DNA of 64,000 bases from Gemmatimonadota bacterium (GTDB lineage: Bacteria > Gemmatimonadota > Gemmatimonadetes > Gemmatimonadales > GWC2-71-9), in the NCBI GenBank assembly GCA_039656555.1, contig JBDHLU010000005.1, positions 4,242 through 68,241 of the forward strand. Direction: 5' to 3'. Both the position numbers and the translations under genes were made by a program. How positions within the stretch are numbered: position 1 is the first letter of the stretch; each line of letters starts with the position of its first letter. The notes below the pieces were generated by a model, which was not told where the DNA came from, did not search any database, and was given only the letters and a program-made list of their open reading frames with translations. Shown here piece after piece: positions 1-8,698 of this stretch.

Positions 1-1547
1 GGCCACAGTTCCTGCAATGTCAAACGCGGGTTCCGACAGACATAGATGGTCAGGTCTCGCTGCTCGGCAACCGCGAATGGATGTGTCACAAAGCCTGCCG
101 CTTCCTTCGATTCACAGAAATCGTCCCAATCGTCCTCCGTGAATCCGTGAAGGATCAGGATGTCTCCGGGAAGGTCACCCGGCCCAAAGAACCAATAGGT
201 GCCGACAAATGCGACGGCTTTTGGCAGACCGTAGCGCGGCCCATAGAAGTCGATCGCACCGGCCTCCCCGTAGTTCGATGTTAGGATGACGGCCCGTTCG
301 CCATCCTGCGCAGGAAGGGCATGGTATACTCGCGCAACCTCGGCAACCTGTGCCTCCCAGTTCAGCATGTCGGCAAAGTCTTGAGGAATTCGCTCTCGAT
401 TCCCGACATTGGTTGTATTGGCTGCCTCCTGCATGCCGATCGCGACCAGATATCGTTCGAGTGTTTCTGGCGGGAGCACCGGTAGGCCGAGAGGGAATAG
501 CACAGCAGTGTATGCAACCATGAGCCCGGCCATGCTCCACTGAGCACCGAGTCGCCAACGCCGGACTCGTATGCGATCGAGGACAGCGGCGCCCGCTCCG
601 AACAGTACGGGATACAGCGGCCCAACGTAGTAGGGCTTTCCGCGGAGGACGACGAACAAAGCGAAAGTCAGTATTGCGGTCCAGGCGACAAATCGGAATT
701 GTCGCCACTCGTGGCGTACGGCCATGGCGCCGGCGCCGACGACGGCCAGAACGAAACCACCCATCATCATCGGTTGTTCGATCACGAACCCGACCGGTGA
801 CTGCCGTGACAGTTGAGCGGAACTGAGGTCGCTCATGTATACGAGGATGGGAAATCCGAGGGCAAACTGGCCGACGATGGATGGACTCCCAATGAGGAAA
901 GCAATCCCCGCCGCCAACCACGGCCAACGCGTCTTGAGCCAAACGCGAGACGGGGTGACGACCAGGGCCAACAGTGTGCCCAACCCAAAGATCAGGACCG
1001 AGAATTTTGTTAGCAGGCCGAGGCCAGTGGCAACACCGAAGGCAATCCACCAGCGTGGGTCATCAGTGCGACACAGTCGCACCAGGGCGAATAGTGCCAG
1101 CGTCCACCAGAGTTGATCGATGACCACGGGCTGAAAGAGGTTGCCCGTCCGCAGGAATAGCCCACTCGCAACGACACTGAGCGCTGCCAGGCCCTGAGCC
1201 ATGCGTCCGCCGCCAAACTCACGAGCCGTCAGTGCTGCGACGATGACCAACGCACTGCTCATGAGAGCCGGCGGGAGCCGCAGGGCAAACAGTGAGTCTC
1301 CGAGTACGAAACGTGTTGCCTCGGCCAGCATGGCGATGAATGGTGGAAAGTCCATGCTCCACAACTGGAGGTGCTCGCCCATGGCGAAATACAGGAAGGC
1401 ATCGCGGTGGAATTCGTACGGACCGAACGCGTTGGTTGCGAGGTGCGCCATGAGCTTGACGGCAACCAAACTCGCCACCACCCCAACGGCGATCCGGGGT
1501 AGATGGTCGACCGGCGCTTGGCCCTCGGACGTTAGATCCGATCCCAA
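1..1547 (-). CDS. Glycosyltransferase family 39 (ArnT/PMT_2-like) polytopic membrane protein; C-terminus runs off the left window edge
   Basis: Not in the ORF track because the frame stays open to position 1. Manual minus-strand translation gives ...RIAVGVVASLVAVKLMAHLATNAFGPYEFHRDAFLYFAMGEHLQLWSMDFPPFIAMLAEATRF...NLFQPVVIDQLWWTLALFALVRLCRTDDPRWWIAFGVATGL... then a soluble part ...GEAGAIDFYGPRYGLPKAV.... The multi-TM N-half is typical of GT39. Start uncertain: TTG at 1547 (overlaps the DinB stop) or ATG at 1451. Confidence 0.7.
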   Translation of the reverse strand, partial: MGSDLTSEGQAPVDHLPRIAVGVVASLVAVKLMAHLATNAFGPYEFHRDAFLYFAMGEHLQLWSMDFPPFIAMLAEATRFVLGDSLFALRLPPALMSSALVIVAALTAREFGGGRMAQGLAALSVVASGLFLRTGNLFQPVVIDQLWWTLALFALVRLCRTDDPRWWIAFGVATGLGLLTKFSVLIFGLGTLLALVVTPSRVWLKTRWPWLAAGIAFLIGSPSIVGQFALGFPILVYMSDLSSAQLSRQSPVGFVIEQPMMMGGFVLAVVGAGAMAVRHEWRQFRFVAWTAILTFALFVVLRGKPYYVGPLYPVLFGAGAAVLDRIRVRRWRLGAQWSMAGLMVAYTAVLFPLGLPVLPPETLERYLVAIGMQEAANTTNVGNRERIPQDFADMLNWEAQVAEVARVYHALPAQDGERAVILTSNYGEAGAIDFYGPRYGLPKAVAFVGTYWFFGPGDLPGDILILHGFTEDDWDDFCESKEAAGFVTHPFAVAEQRDLTIYVCRNPRLTLQELW

Positions 1548-1999
1548 TCCCAAATTCCGTAGGAGGCCGCGTTGTCGAGCTTGTGCCCACACTCCTTGAG
1601 CGTGAGCAGGATGCTCCCCCGGTGGTGGCTCTCGTGTGCGACGAAGTATGCGAACGTCGTGGGCAATCCCTTCTTGAATCCCCGGCGCTTGGGTTTGCCG
1701 TCGACGATATCCTGCATGAATCGGCCGATGGCGTTCGTCGAGGATTTCAGAGCCTTCTTGAGCGCTGCCTTTGACGGGCTGGTTTTGGTTGGAAAGATGA
1801 CGAGACCTTTCGCGAGGTCTTTCGCGCGTTTCTCCAACTGCCAGACCCGGTTGTTATGCATGTGGGCAAATTGGGCAGCCACGTCACGGCCGCCGCGCTT
1901 CGAGAGCGTTGACTTCATTCCGGCGGTACCGATCTTGTCGATAAGGAAGAGGTTGATTCGATTATTCGTGTTCCACGCTTCCAGGAACTGATCGAGCAT
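1532..1999 (-). CDS. DinB-family (DinB_2-like) metal-dependent four-helix-bundle protein
   Basis: 155-aa ORF with His-containing DinB-type segments (..FAHMHNNRVW.., ..YFVAHESHHRGSILL..). Confidence 0.7.
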   Translation of the reverse strand: MLDQFLEAWNTNNRINLFLIDKIGTAGMKSTLSKRGGRDVAAQFAHMHNNRVWQLEKRAKDLAKGLVIFPTKTSPSKAALKKALKSSTNAIGRFMQDIVDGKPKRRGFKKGLPTTFAYFVAHESHHRGSILLTLKECGHKLDNAASYGIWDWDRI

Positions 2000-2035
2000 G
2001 TGCGTTGCCTCGCATGAGACTGACGGGATGGAGGT

Positions 2036-2875
2036 CTAGAATTCGAGTTCGCGCAGATAGTCGTAGCTCGCTCGAATCGATCCAAACGGGCTGCTCGGAT
2101 TATCGTGCTCGACGAAATAGTGCTGGATTCCGGCCTGGCCACTCTGAGCGAATATTTTGGCGAAGTCGATCTCCCCGGCACCTACGTCCACCATCGAGCC
2201 GTCCGACGCCATGTCTTTGACGTGGACCATGGGAAACCTGCCGGGATACCGGCGGAAGTAATCGAACGGATCACCGCCGCCTTGAATGATCCAAAAGAGA
2301 TCCATCTCGAATTGGATGGCTGGGTCAGCGTGCTCCAGCATGACGTCAAATGGTATCTGTCCGTCGACGGCTTCGAATTCGAAATCATGGTTGTGGTAGC
2401 CGAACACCATTCCGGCCGCCTGGGCACGCTCTGAAACTTGGTTGAAACGATCGACGATCCGGCGATACTGGTCGAGGTCGCCGCGATCTTCAAGATCGAC
2501 ATAGGCGACCACGAGGTATCGATGTCCTACCGTCGCTGCAAAATCGACGGTCGCTTCCCACTCAGTCTCCAGTTGCTCGAGGCCAACGTGGACGGCTGGT
2601 GAGGTCAAGCCGAGGTCGTCAAGCAGCGTTCGAATCTCGCTCGCGGACCGATCGTAGTACCGCCAGAATTCCACCTCCTTGTATCCGATCTCCGCGACCC
2701 GCGCGAGGGTGCGATCGACGTCGCTTCGCATCTCCGATCGCACGGTATACAGTTGGATGCCTACGGAGGTGATGCTGGAAGTGAAGGATGCAGGGTGCAG
2801 GTTGTAGGGGGCGCGCAGGCCCACCAGGCCCGCGGCAGCTCCCAGAGTCGTGATCGCTTCCCGACGTGTCGTCAT
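2036..2875 (-). CDS. Sugar phosphate isomerase/epimerase (xylose-isomerase-like TIM barrel), Tat-exported
   Basis: 279 aa. Twin-arginine signal MTTRREAITTLGAAAGL. TIM-barrel motifs ..GYHNHDFEF.., ..FEMDLFW.., ..MVHVKD... Confidence 0.75.
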   Translation of the reverse strand: MTTRREAITTLGAAAGLVGLRAPYNLHPASFTSSITSVGIQLYTVRSEMRSDVDRTLARVAEIGYKEVEFWRYYDRSASEIRTLLDDLGLTSPAVHVGLEQLETEWEATVDFAATVGHRYLVVAYVDLEDRGDLDQYRRIVDRFNQVSERAQAAGMVFGYHNHDFEFEAVDGQIPFDVMLEHADPAIQFEMDLFWIIQGGGDPFDYFRRYPGRFPMVHVKDMASDGSMVDVGAGEIDFAKIFAQSGQAGIQHYFVEHDNPSSPFGSIRASYDYLRELEF

Positions 2876-2876
2876 C

Positions 2877-4565
2877 CTAGAGCTCCCTGCTGTTCAACTG
2901 GTCGACGGCAAATGAGCACGCACGCGCCGTCAATGCCATGTATGTGATTGATGGATTCTGGTTTCCTGACGATGCCATGCACGCGCCGTCTGTGACGAAC
3001 ACATTCCTCGCATCGTGGACCTGATTGAAACCGTTCAATACAGACGTGTTGGGGTCGCGTCCCATGCGCGCGGTTCCCATCTCGTGGATCGTCAGGCCTG
3101 GTGGATTGTCCTCAACGAATGTCTCGATGTTCCGGACGCCACCCGCTTCGAGCATTTCGGCCGCCGTAACGGCCATGTCCTCTAGCATGGTTCTCTCGTT
3201 GTCGCTCCACTCACAGTGAATGCGCAGGGATGGGATTCCCCACTTGTCGGTTCGTTCCGGATTGAGCGCGACATAGTTGGACGACCGCGGGAGGCATTCA
3301 CCGAATCCGTAAAAAGTGATATTCCACGGTCCTGGATCGCGCAGGGAGTGTTTGAAGTCGGCCCCGAAGCCGGGCATGTCCACACCGCGGTTCCACCCGG
3401 GACGGCCCGCACCTCCTTGGAAGGCATAACCACGGAGAAAATCGGGATGCTGGTCATTCACGTTTCTGAACCGTGGTACGTAGACGCCGTTGGGCCGCCG
3501 CCCGTACGCATCACGATCCAGCAGGCCGGGGACGATACCGCGAGCGCCACCACCCATTGAGTGGTCCATCAGATTCTTTCCCAACTCACCACTCGAATTG
3601 CCGAGACCGGCAGGGAAGCGATTGGTCGTCGAGTTCAGGAGTATGCGTGTTGACTCGAGGGCGGACGCGCAGAGAAAGAGGATGCGAGCTTCGTACTCGG
3701 TCTCTTCCATGGTAATGGCATCGATGACCCTGACGCCACGCGCTCGGTCACGGGATTCATCGTAGAGAACTTCGGCGACCACACTGTTCGGCCGAAGCGT
3801 CATGCGGCCGGTTGCGTCGGCGGCAGGTAACGTCGCGTTGAGTGAGCTGAAGTAGGAACGCTCTGTACAACCGCGGTGACACGGTCCGCAGTAGTGACAG
3901 GCCGCCCGCCCGTTGTGTGGTTCCGTCAATACGGCGGTGCGTCCGATCGTCAGGATTCGTTCGCGTCCAAACGCGCGCTCCATGCCCCCTTGCACGACGG
4001 ACTCGGCGCAGTTGAGCGGCATGGGCGGTAAGAACTGCCCGTCCGGGAGCTGCGGGAGGCCGAGTTTCTCGCCGCTGACACCGACGAATCGTTCGACGTA
4101 GTCGTACCACGGGGCGATGTCATCGTATCGAATGGGCCAGTCGGTTCCGAATCCATCCTTGGCGTTCGCCTCGAAGTCGAGGTCACTCAACCGATACGTT
4201 TGCCGAGCCCACATGATCGAGCGCCCACCGACGTGCCGGCCGCGAATCCAAAGAAACGGCTTACCTTCGACCGTCGTGTAGGGGTTTTCTGTGTCATCGA
4301 CAAAGAACTTGCTGGCACCTTCGTCGCAGGCGTAGCACGTGCGTTGCACGGGTTGCCTTTCCGCCAACGTCTTGCGGTCGCCCAATCCGCGGTAACGGAA
4401 GCTCCAGGTTGGTTCGTGTTCGGTGTAATCCGTATTCGGGTCGATGTTGCGCCCGGCTTCGAGCACGAGCGTGTTGAGACCCGCTTCCGAGAGTTCCTTG
4501 GCGGCCCAGCCTCCGGACATGCCGGATCCGACGACGATGGCGTCGTATGTCGTTTGCCTACTCAT
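2877..4565 (-). CDS. GMC-family FAD-dependent oxidoreductase
   Basis: N-terminal Rossmann motif YDAIVVGSGMSGGWAAKEL and C-terminal HEMGTARMG motif. Start moved to ATG 4565, which forms an ATGA overlap with the upstream stop (4562-4564). Confidence 0.85.
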   Translation of the reverse strand: MSRQTTYDAIVVGSGMSGGWAAKELSEAGLNTLVLEAGRNIDPNTDYTEHEPTWSFRYRGLGDRKTLAERQPVQRTCYACDEGASKFFVDDTENPYTTVEGKPFLWIRGRHVGGRSIMWARQTYRLSDLDFEANAKDGFGTDWPIRYDDIAPWYDYVERFVGVSGEKLGLPQLPDGQFLPPMPLNCAESVVQGGMERAFGRERILTIGRTAVLTEPHNGRAACHYCGPCHRGCTERSYFSSLNATLPAADATGRMTLRPNSVVAEVLYDESRDRARGVRVIDAITMEETEYEARILFLCASALESTRILLNSTTNRFPAGLGNSSGELGKNLMDHSMGGGARGIVPGLLDRDAYGRRPNGVYVPRFRNVNDQHPDFLRGYAFQGGAGRPGWNRGVDMPGFGADFKHSLRDPGPWNITFYGFGECLPRSSNYVALNPERTDKWGIPSLRIHCEWSDNERTMLEDMAVTAAEMLEAGGVRNIETFVEDNPPGLTIHEMGTARMGRDPNTSVLNGFNQVHDARNVFVTDGACMASSGNQNPSITYMALTARACSFAVDQLNSREL

Positions 4566-5155
4566 TCCCAACGCCCTGACGCATCCCGTCGTGCCGTCGT
4601 ACACGGATCGTACCGGCCCGGGATGATGACCTGTGCGAGTTCTTCAGTGGCCCCGATTTCCGATGTGTAGTACCCGTACACAGTGAACCACTTCATCCGC
4701 CGGAAGAAATGGTCGTCAGCGGACAGTCCCGCTTCCTGGAGAGCCGTGACTTCTGCGTCGAGACTGGCGAGCAATGCGTTCTGTTGATCTTTCGAGAGCT
4801 TGGTGAATCGCGCACCGTAGGTGTCCGAAGCACGGATGTCCACGAGCACGAGTCCGCGCACAAAGCTGTCACGGTCTTCGTCATCGAGCCATTCGGCGAG
4901 GAGAATGTCCACGAACTCGTTGACGCGCGCCGCCGTGGCACCCGGCGTGTCCGTCGCCGGAATGATCAACTCGGCAATCGCCGTGACGGTGGCGTCCTCC
5001 TGGTGGGTCAGCACGAGCAGCACCCGACCGGTTTCTCGCCGAAGCCGATCGTGGACGTCCCGCGCTCGCGTCCAGAGCTCTTCCGGAGACATAGCCCGGA
5101 GGCCCGGAAGGGCGATGCCCGCGGAGAGAACTTGAAGAACCTCACGTCGATGCAT
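4562..5155 (-). CDS. Gluconate 2-dehydrogenase subunit 3-like small subunit (Tat signal), partner of the GMC flavoprotein
   Basis: 197 aa from ATG 5155. Tat-like leader MHRREVLQVLSAGIALPG. C-terminal ..WFTVYGYYTSEIG.. is typical of this family. The remaining N-terminal part of the 346-aa track ORF looks non-coding. Confidence 0.7.
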   Translation of the reverse strand: MHRREVLQVLSAGIALPGLRAMSPEELWTRARDVHDRLRRETGRVLLVLTHQEDATVTAIAELIIPATDTPGATAARVNEFVDILLAEWLDDEDRDSFVRGLVLVDIRASDTYGARFTKLSKDQQNALLASLDAEVTALQEAGLSADDHFFRRMKWFTVYGYYTSEIGATEELAQVIIPGRYDPCTTARRDASGRWE

Positions 5156-5169
5156 CCTGAACTCCCTTG

Positions 5170-5568
5170 CTACACCCTTTGCCACCGTCGTTGCCACAAT
5201 ATCGCCCCCGTCACTGATCCGGCAAGCACGACCAGGCCGAAGACCCAGGGATACCAACCGGGTTGCCCTGGCCCAGGCGCACCGCGACTCCACGCGATAG
5301 GGATGAGAAGCAAGATCCCTACGCTGGCCCCGTGGATCGCGGCATGTGAGCCGCCAAGTGCTGCCGCCACCCAACCCCCGGAAAGTGCGCTGGCCAGCGC
5401 ATATCCCAAACTGACGACCGTAAAGGTCGGGGTCACGTAGAAGACCAGACCTTCCGGGGCGGGGTCCAGCAGGAAGATGATGGCTAGGTACGTAGCTACC
5501 GACACGAGGATCATCGTAAGGATGGTCCCGACAATGATGGCCAAAGCGCTCCGGGGCAGATTGCTCAA
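5170..5568 (-). CDS. Small integral membrane protein (about 4 TM), unknown function
   Basis: Hydrophobic segments ALAIIVGTILTMILVSVATYLAIIFLL, TFTVVSLGYALASAL, GASVGILLLIPIAW, WVFGLVVLAGSVTGAILW. Start uncertain: TTG 5568 makes a TTGA overlap with the msrA stop; ATG 5514 is the alternative. Confidence 0.5.
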   Translation of the reverse strand: MSNLPRSALAIIVGTILTMILVSVATYLAIIFLLDPAPEGLVFYVTPTFTVVSLGYALASALSGGWVAAALGGSHAAIHGASVGILLLIPIAWSRGAPGPGQPGWYPWVFGLVVLAGSVTGAILWQRRWQRV

Positions 5569-6113
5569 GTGTCGACTTGGTGCGTTCGTAGCTTGTTGGC
5601 AAACCGCTGTCGGAGCTTCGCTACCTTGGGCGAGATCACCACCTGGCAATACCCCTGGTTGGGGTTCCGGCGATAGTACTCCTGGTGGTCAGCCTCCGCA
5701 GCGTAGAATTCCGGCGCTTCGCTGATCTCGGTGACTACCGGATCGTCCCAAGTTCCCTGACTCTCGAGCTCCTGAATGAGGTCGCGGGCTGTGCCTTCTT
5801 GGCTTGGCGAGTGCGTCAATATCGTCGACCGGTATTGTGTACCGGTGTCAGCGCCCTGACGGTTCAGTGTCGTGGGGTCGTGAATGGCGAAAAAGATCTC
5901 GAGGATATCGCGAAACGATATCACGGCCGGATCAAAGGTGATTTGGACGACCTCGGCGTGCCCGGTTGTCCCGGAGCATACCGCTTGGTAGGTGGGGTTG
6001 GGGTTCGCGCCGCCGGAATACCCCGAAACCACGCTCTCCACGCCATCCACCTGTTCGAAGACGGCCTCCAGGCACCAAAAGCACCCGCCGCCGAGCGTTG
6101 CAGTTTCCGTCAT
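5565..6113 (-). CDS. msrA: Peptide-methionine (S)-S-oxide reductase MsrA
   Basis: 182 aa from ATG 6113 (ATGA overlap with the DUF819 stop). Active-site motif GGGCFWCLEAVF. ..GHAEVVQITFDP.. and ..DPTTLNRQG.. are typical of MsrA. Confidence 0.9.
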   Translation of the reverse strand: MTETATLGGGCFWCLEAVFEQVDGVESVVSGYSGGANPNPTYQAVCSGTTGHAEVVQITFDPAVISFRDILEIFFAIHDPTTLNRQGADTGTQYRSTILTHSPSQEGTARDLIQELESQGTWDDPVVTEISEAPEFYAAEADHQEYYRRNPNQGYCQVVISPKVAKLRQRFANKLRTHQVDT

Positions 6114-7345
6114 CCTCCAACCGCGATTCTCATGAGTTGTCCGCAAACCCATGCTGCATAGGTACCCAGTGCATACCCCAAGACTGCGAGCAGGACTCCG
6201 ACCGGTGCCAAACTTGGGTGAAACGCCGCCGCGACGACTGGAGCTGAGGCGGCGCCGCCGACATTGGCCTGACTCCCTACCGCTAGGTAGAAGGTGGGAG
6301 CTTTGATGATCCGACCAACGATCAGGAGCAGGGTGGCGTGGATGGCCATCCATACGCCACCGACCATGAAAAGGCCCGGCCGTTCGAAGACGGCCATGAT
6401 GTCCATGTTCATGCCGATCGTTGCGACGAGAAAGTAGAGCATTGCCGAACCAACTGTGGAGGCGCCGGCTCCCTCCAGAGAACTCACGCGCGTGAAAGAG
6501 AGAATCAACCCCGCTGTGGTCGCGATTACGACCAACCAGAAAAACGAACTCGTAAGGCTGAATCGACTGAGAATCGGTACGTTCGTCTCGATCCAAGGTG
6601 CAAGGAAGTCCGCTAGCAGATGGGAGAGACCCATCACTCCGAAGCCCACCGCAAAGATCAGCATGAGGTCGGCGAGTGTGGGGATCCGTGCGTGCTTCGC
6701 ATGGAAGGCCTCGACGCGCTCCCGCAAGGCCTCGAGCGCGGTTGTGTCCGCTCCGAGCCGGGCATCGATCAGCTTGGACTCGCCGGCCATGTAAAGGAGC
6801 ACGGCCATCCAGATATTCGCGATGATCACGTCGACTGCCACCATAGCCGAAAACAACTCGTCACCGACTTCGAACACTTCCTTCATCGCGGCCTGATTTG
6901 CGCCGCCACCAATCCAGCTTCCGGCCACGGTCGTGAGACCTCGCCATACTGCATCAGGCCCCTGTCCGCCCACCACATCTGGGGCGTACACGGAGAACAG
7001 GAAGATAGAAATCGGCCCACCGATGAGAATACCCACCGTTCCCGTGCCGAACATGATCAGTGCCTTCGGACCCAAGCGCCTGATGCCTGGGAGATCGATG
7101 CTCAGGGTGAGCAGAACCAAAGTTGCGGGTAGAAGGTAGCGAGAGGCCACGAAGTATAGGCGCGATTGCTCGCCATCGATGATGCCCGCTGTGTTCAGCA
7201 AAGAGGGAAGGAAGTAGCACATCAACAACGCCGGCACGTACTTGTAGAACTTGCGGAATACAGGGTGCGGTGAGTGCGACGTGTAGAACACAGCTCCGAG
7301 AATGACAGCCAGAAGCCCTAGGACGACGGCATCGTTGGTAATCAT
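6110..7345 (-). CDS. DUF819-family polytopic membrane protein
   Basis: 411 aa with at least 10 hydrophobic helices. The N-terminus MITNDAVVLGLLAVILGAVFYTS...KFYKYVPALLMCYFLPSLLNT resembles the DUF819 family (from memory). Confidence 0.65.
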   Translation of the reverse strand: MITNDAVVLGLLAVILGAVFYTSHSPHPVFRKFYKYVPALLMCYFLPSLLNTAGIIDGEQSRLYFVASRYLLPATLVLLTLSIDLPGIRRLGPKALIMFGTGTVGILIGGPISIFLFSVYAPDVVGGQGPDAVWRGLTTVAGSWIGGGANQAAMKEVFEVGDELFSAMVAVDVIIANIWMAVLLYMAGESKLIDARLGADTTALEALRERVEAFHAKHARIPTLADLMLIFAVGFGVMGLSHLLADFLAPWIETNVPILSRFSLTSSFFWLVVIATTAGLILSFTRVSSLEGAGASTVGSAMLYFLVATIGMNMDIMAVFERPGLFMVGGVWMAIHATLLLIVGRIIKAPTFYLAVGSQANVGGAASAPVVAAAFHPSLAPVGVLLAVLGYALGTYAAWVCGQLMRIAVGG

Positions 7346-7357
7346 GATGCGGCCACT

Positions 7358-7819
7358 CTATACCTCCTCAATGTCGGCAGTCCAGCTGATATGGACCGCA
7401 CCTGCAAGCGACTGTGCAGTCGGGCATTTGGCTTGGTGGGTTTCCAACGCGCGGTCGACCTTCTCGCGCATCTCACCCGGAACCCGCAACCGATACCGAA
7501 TGTTGATTGCGGTCAACACCGGGATCTTGTCCCGCACCTCATTGATGCCTTCGACCTCCGCGGTGATCGCGTCGGCCGGCATCGGTATCCCGCGCACCTC
7601 CAGTGCGCCGTTGAGTGTTCCCAGCATTCACCCGGCAGTGCAGGCGACGATGTAGTCGACGGGCAACGGCAGGTCTTTCGCATCTATCCGATAATGTTTC
7701 TTGATCGCGCCGTGCACGCCAATATCGAACGTAGTGCCGGCGGCCTCCAAGTGGGCTCGTCGGTGCACGCCTTCGATCTTCTCGATGCGGGCACGAGCCA
7801 CATAGAATGGTTTCGTCAT
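7358..7819 (-). CDS. OsmC/Ohr-family peroxiredoxin-like protein interrupted by an in-frame TGA (7628-7630). Either a selenocysteine-containing OsmC-like protein or a nonsense-mutated pseudogene
   Basis: Track ORFs 7628..7819 (63 aa) and 7358..7627 (89 aa) are contiguous and in the same frame. Joined product: ...LPVDYIVACTAG[TGA]MLGTLNGALEVRGI...ALETHQAKCPTAQSL.... The TGA sits 11 residues after the conserved Pro, as does Cys59 of E. coli OsmC (NPEELIGAAHAACFSMAL). The second conserved Cys (CP motif) is intact. Confidence 0.6.
7592..7608 (-). promoter_or_regulatory. SECIS-like stem-loop downstream of the in-frame UGA
   Basis: mRNA reads UGA AUGCUGGGAACACUCAACG GCGCAC UGGAG GUGCGC GGG. This is a perfect 6-bp GC-rich stem with a 5-nt loop holding GG. 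The stem starts 19 nt after the UGA and the loop G residues lie about 27-28 nt downstream, inside the range usually quoted for bacterial SECIS elements. Confidence 0.4.
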
Positions 7820-7834
7820 TCAACTAGCTCCAAT

Positions 7835-8614
7835 TCATCGTTTCCGTCGGGAGAATTTGAGGCCGGACCACGTTTCGTCAATCGCGCAGATCTTGAAATC
7901 GACCAGGCTATTGGCGAGTCCGGTGCTACGGACGGCGTTCTGAGTGACGTCGGTGACGACACCAGAACTCTGTTTGGGCCATGCAATCCAAATGGCACCG
8001 TCGCCGACGGCGCTGGCAAATGCTGTGATCCGACGTTGGAGATCACGGTGTGACTTCGTGAACCAGATCGTGAGGTCGCGCTTCCCACGCGCCGACCGAC
8101 GGAACGTAACGTTTTCAGGAAGGGGTGTCAGCATGCCTTCGAAGTGGTCCGGCGCGCTCACCAACGCGACGGTGAAGCCGGGCTTGATGCCGAGTTTCTT
8201 GACGAGAGGCGTTCCCGAATACCCCGCCATGATCGACGTAGGGACTAACGGATCTGTTGGTGGAGTTGCCAGTGCCTTCTTGATGGCGCTCTTGTGTCGG
8301 CGCCATGGCGCGAAGACCGCGTCGGGAACTCGAGTTTTGGCTTTTGCGACCTTGGCGGGCTCTCCATCGAGGAAAACGATCGGCAGGTGACGCGTGGCCT
8401 TACGACTCCGAATGTCGAGGGCGAGGTCGCGGCCCACTGAAGGCGCGCGACTCAGGTCGATGACAACGGCATCGGGTGGTCGCTTCCGTAGCTTCTGAAG
8501 CATTTCCGGCGCTACGGCATCAAAGGCGACCGTGTATCCGGAGTTACGCAGTTGTGCAATGCGTTCCTTGGCCTCGTTGGCATTCGCGTGGATGAGCCGG
8601 AGCCGTCGTTTCAT
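7835..8614 (-). CDS. Receiver-like (atypical REC) domain fused to a DUF3052-like domain
   Basis: 259 aa. The N-terminal ~115 aa has a CheY-like pattern (..PDAVVIDLSRAP.., ..LPIVFL..) but lacks the N-terminal acidic pair (RLIHANANEA instead of DD). The C-terminal ..GYSGTPLVKKLGIKPG..VALV.. resembles DUF3052 (from memory). Confidence 0.55.
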   Translation of the reverse strand: MKRRLRLIHANANEAKERIAQLRNSGYTVAFDAVAPEMLQKLRKRPPDAVVIDLSRAPSVGRDLALDIRSRKATRHLPIVFLDGEPAKVAKAKTRVPDAVFAPWRRHKSAIKKALATPPTDPLVPTSIMAGYSGTPLVKKLGIKPGFTVALVSAPDHFEGMLTPLPENVTFRRSARGKRDLTIWFTKSHRDLQRRITAFASAVGDGAIWIAWPKQSSGVVTDVTQNAVRSTGLANSLVDFKICAIDETWSGLKFSRRKR

Positions 8615-8698
8615 GCGCTCAAGACTACCGCCTGTCGAACTCGAGCGTCAGGGTCGACATAAGGTGCTTTGTAGCCCCAGGGAGATTAGGTTGCTGGC

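Noticed and set aside
175-1050. 291-aa minus-strand ORF, plus other ORFs in 81-1599, that might be taken as genes
   Set aside because: They are alternative-frame shadows of the GT39 membrane-protein gene, whose own frame is missing from the track because it runs off the window. Their Arg/Pro/Gly-rich composition is typical of off-frame high-GC ORFs.
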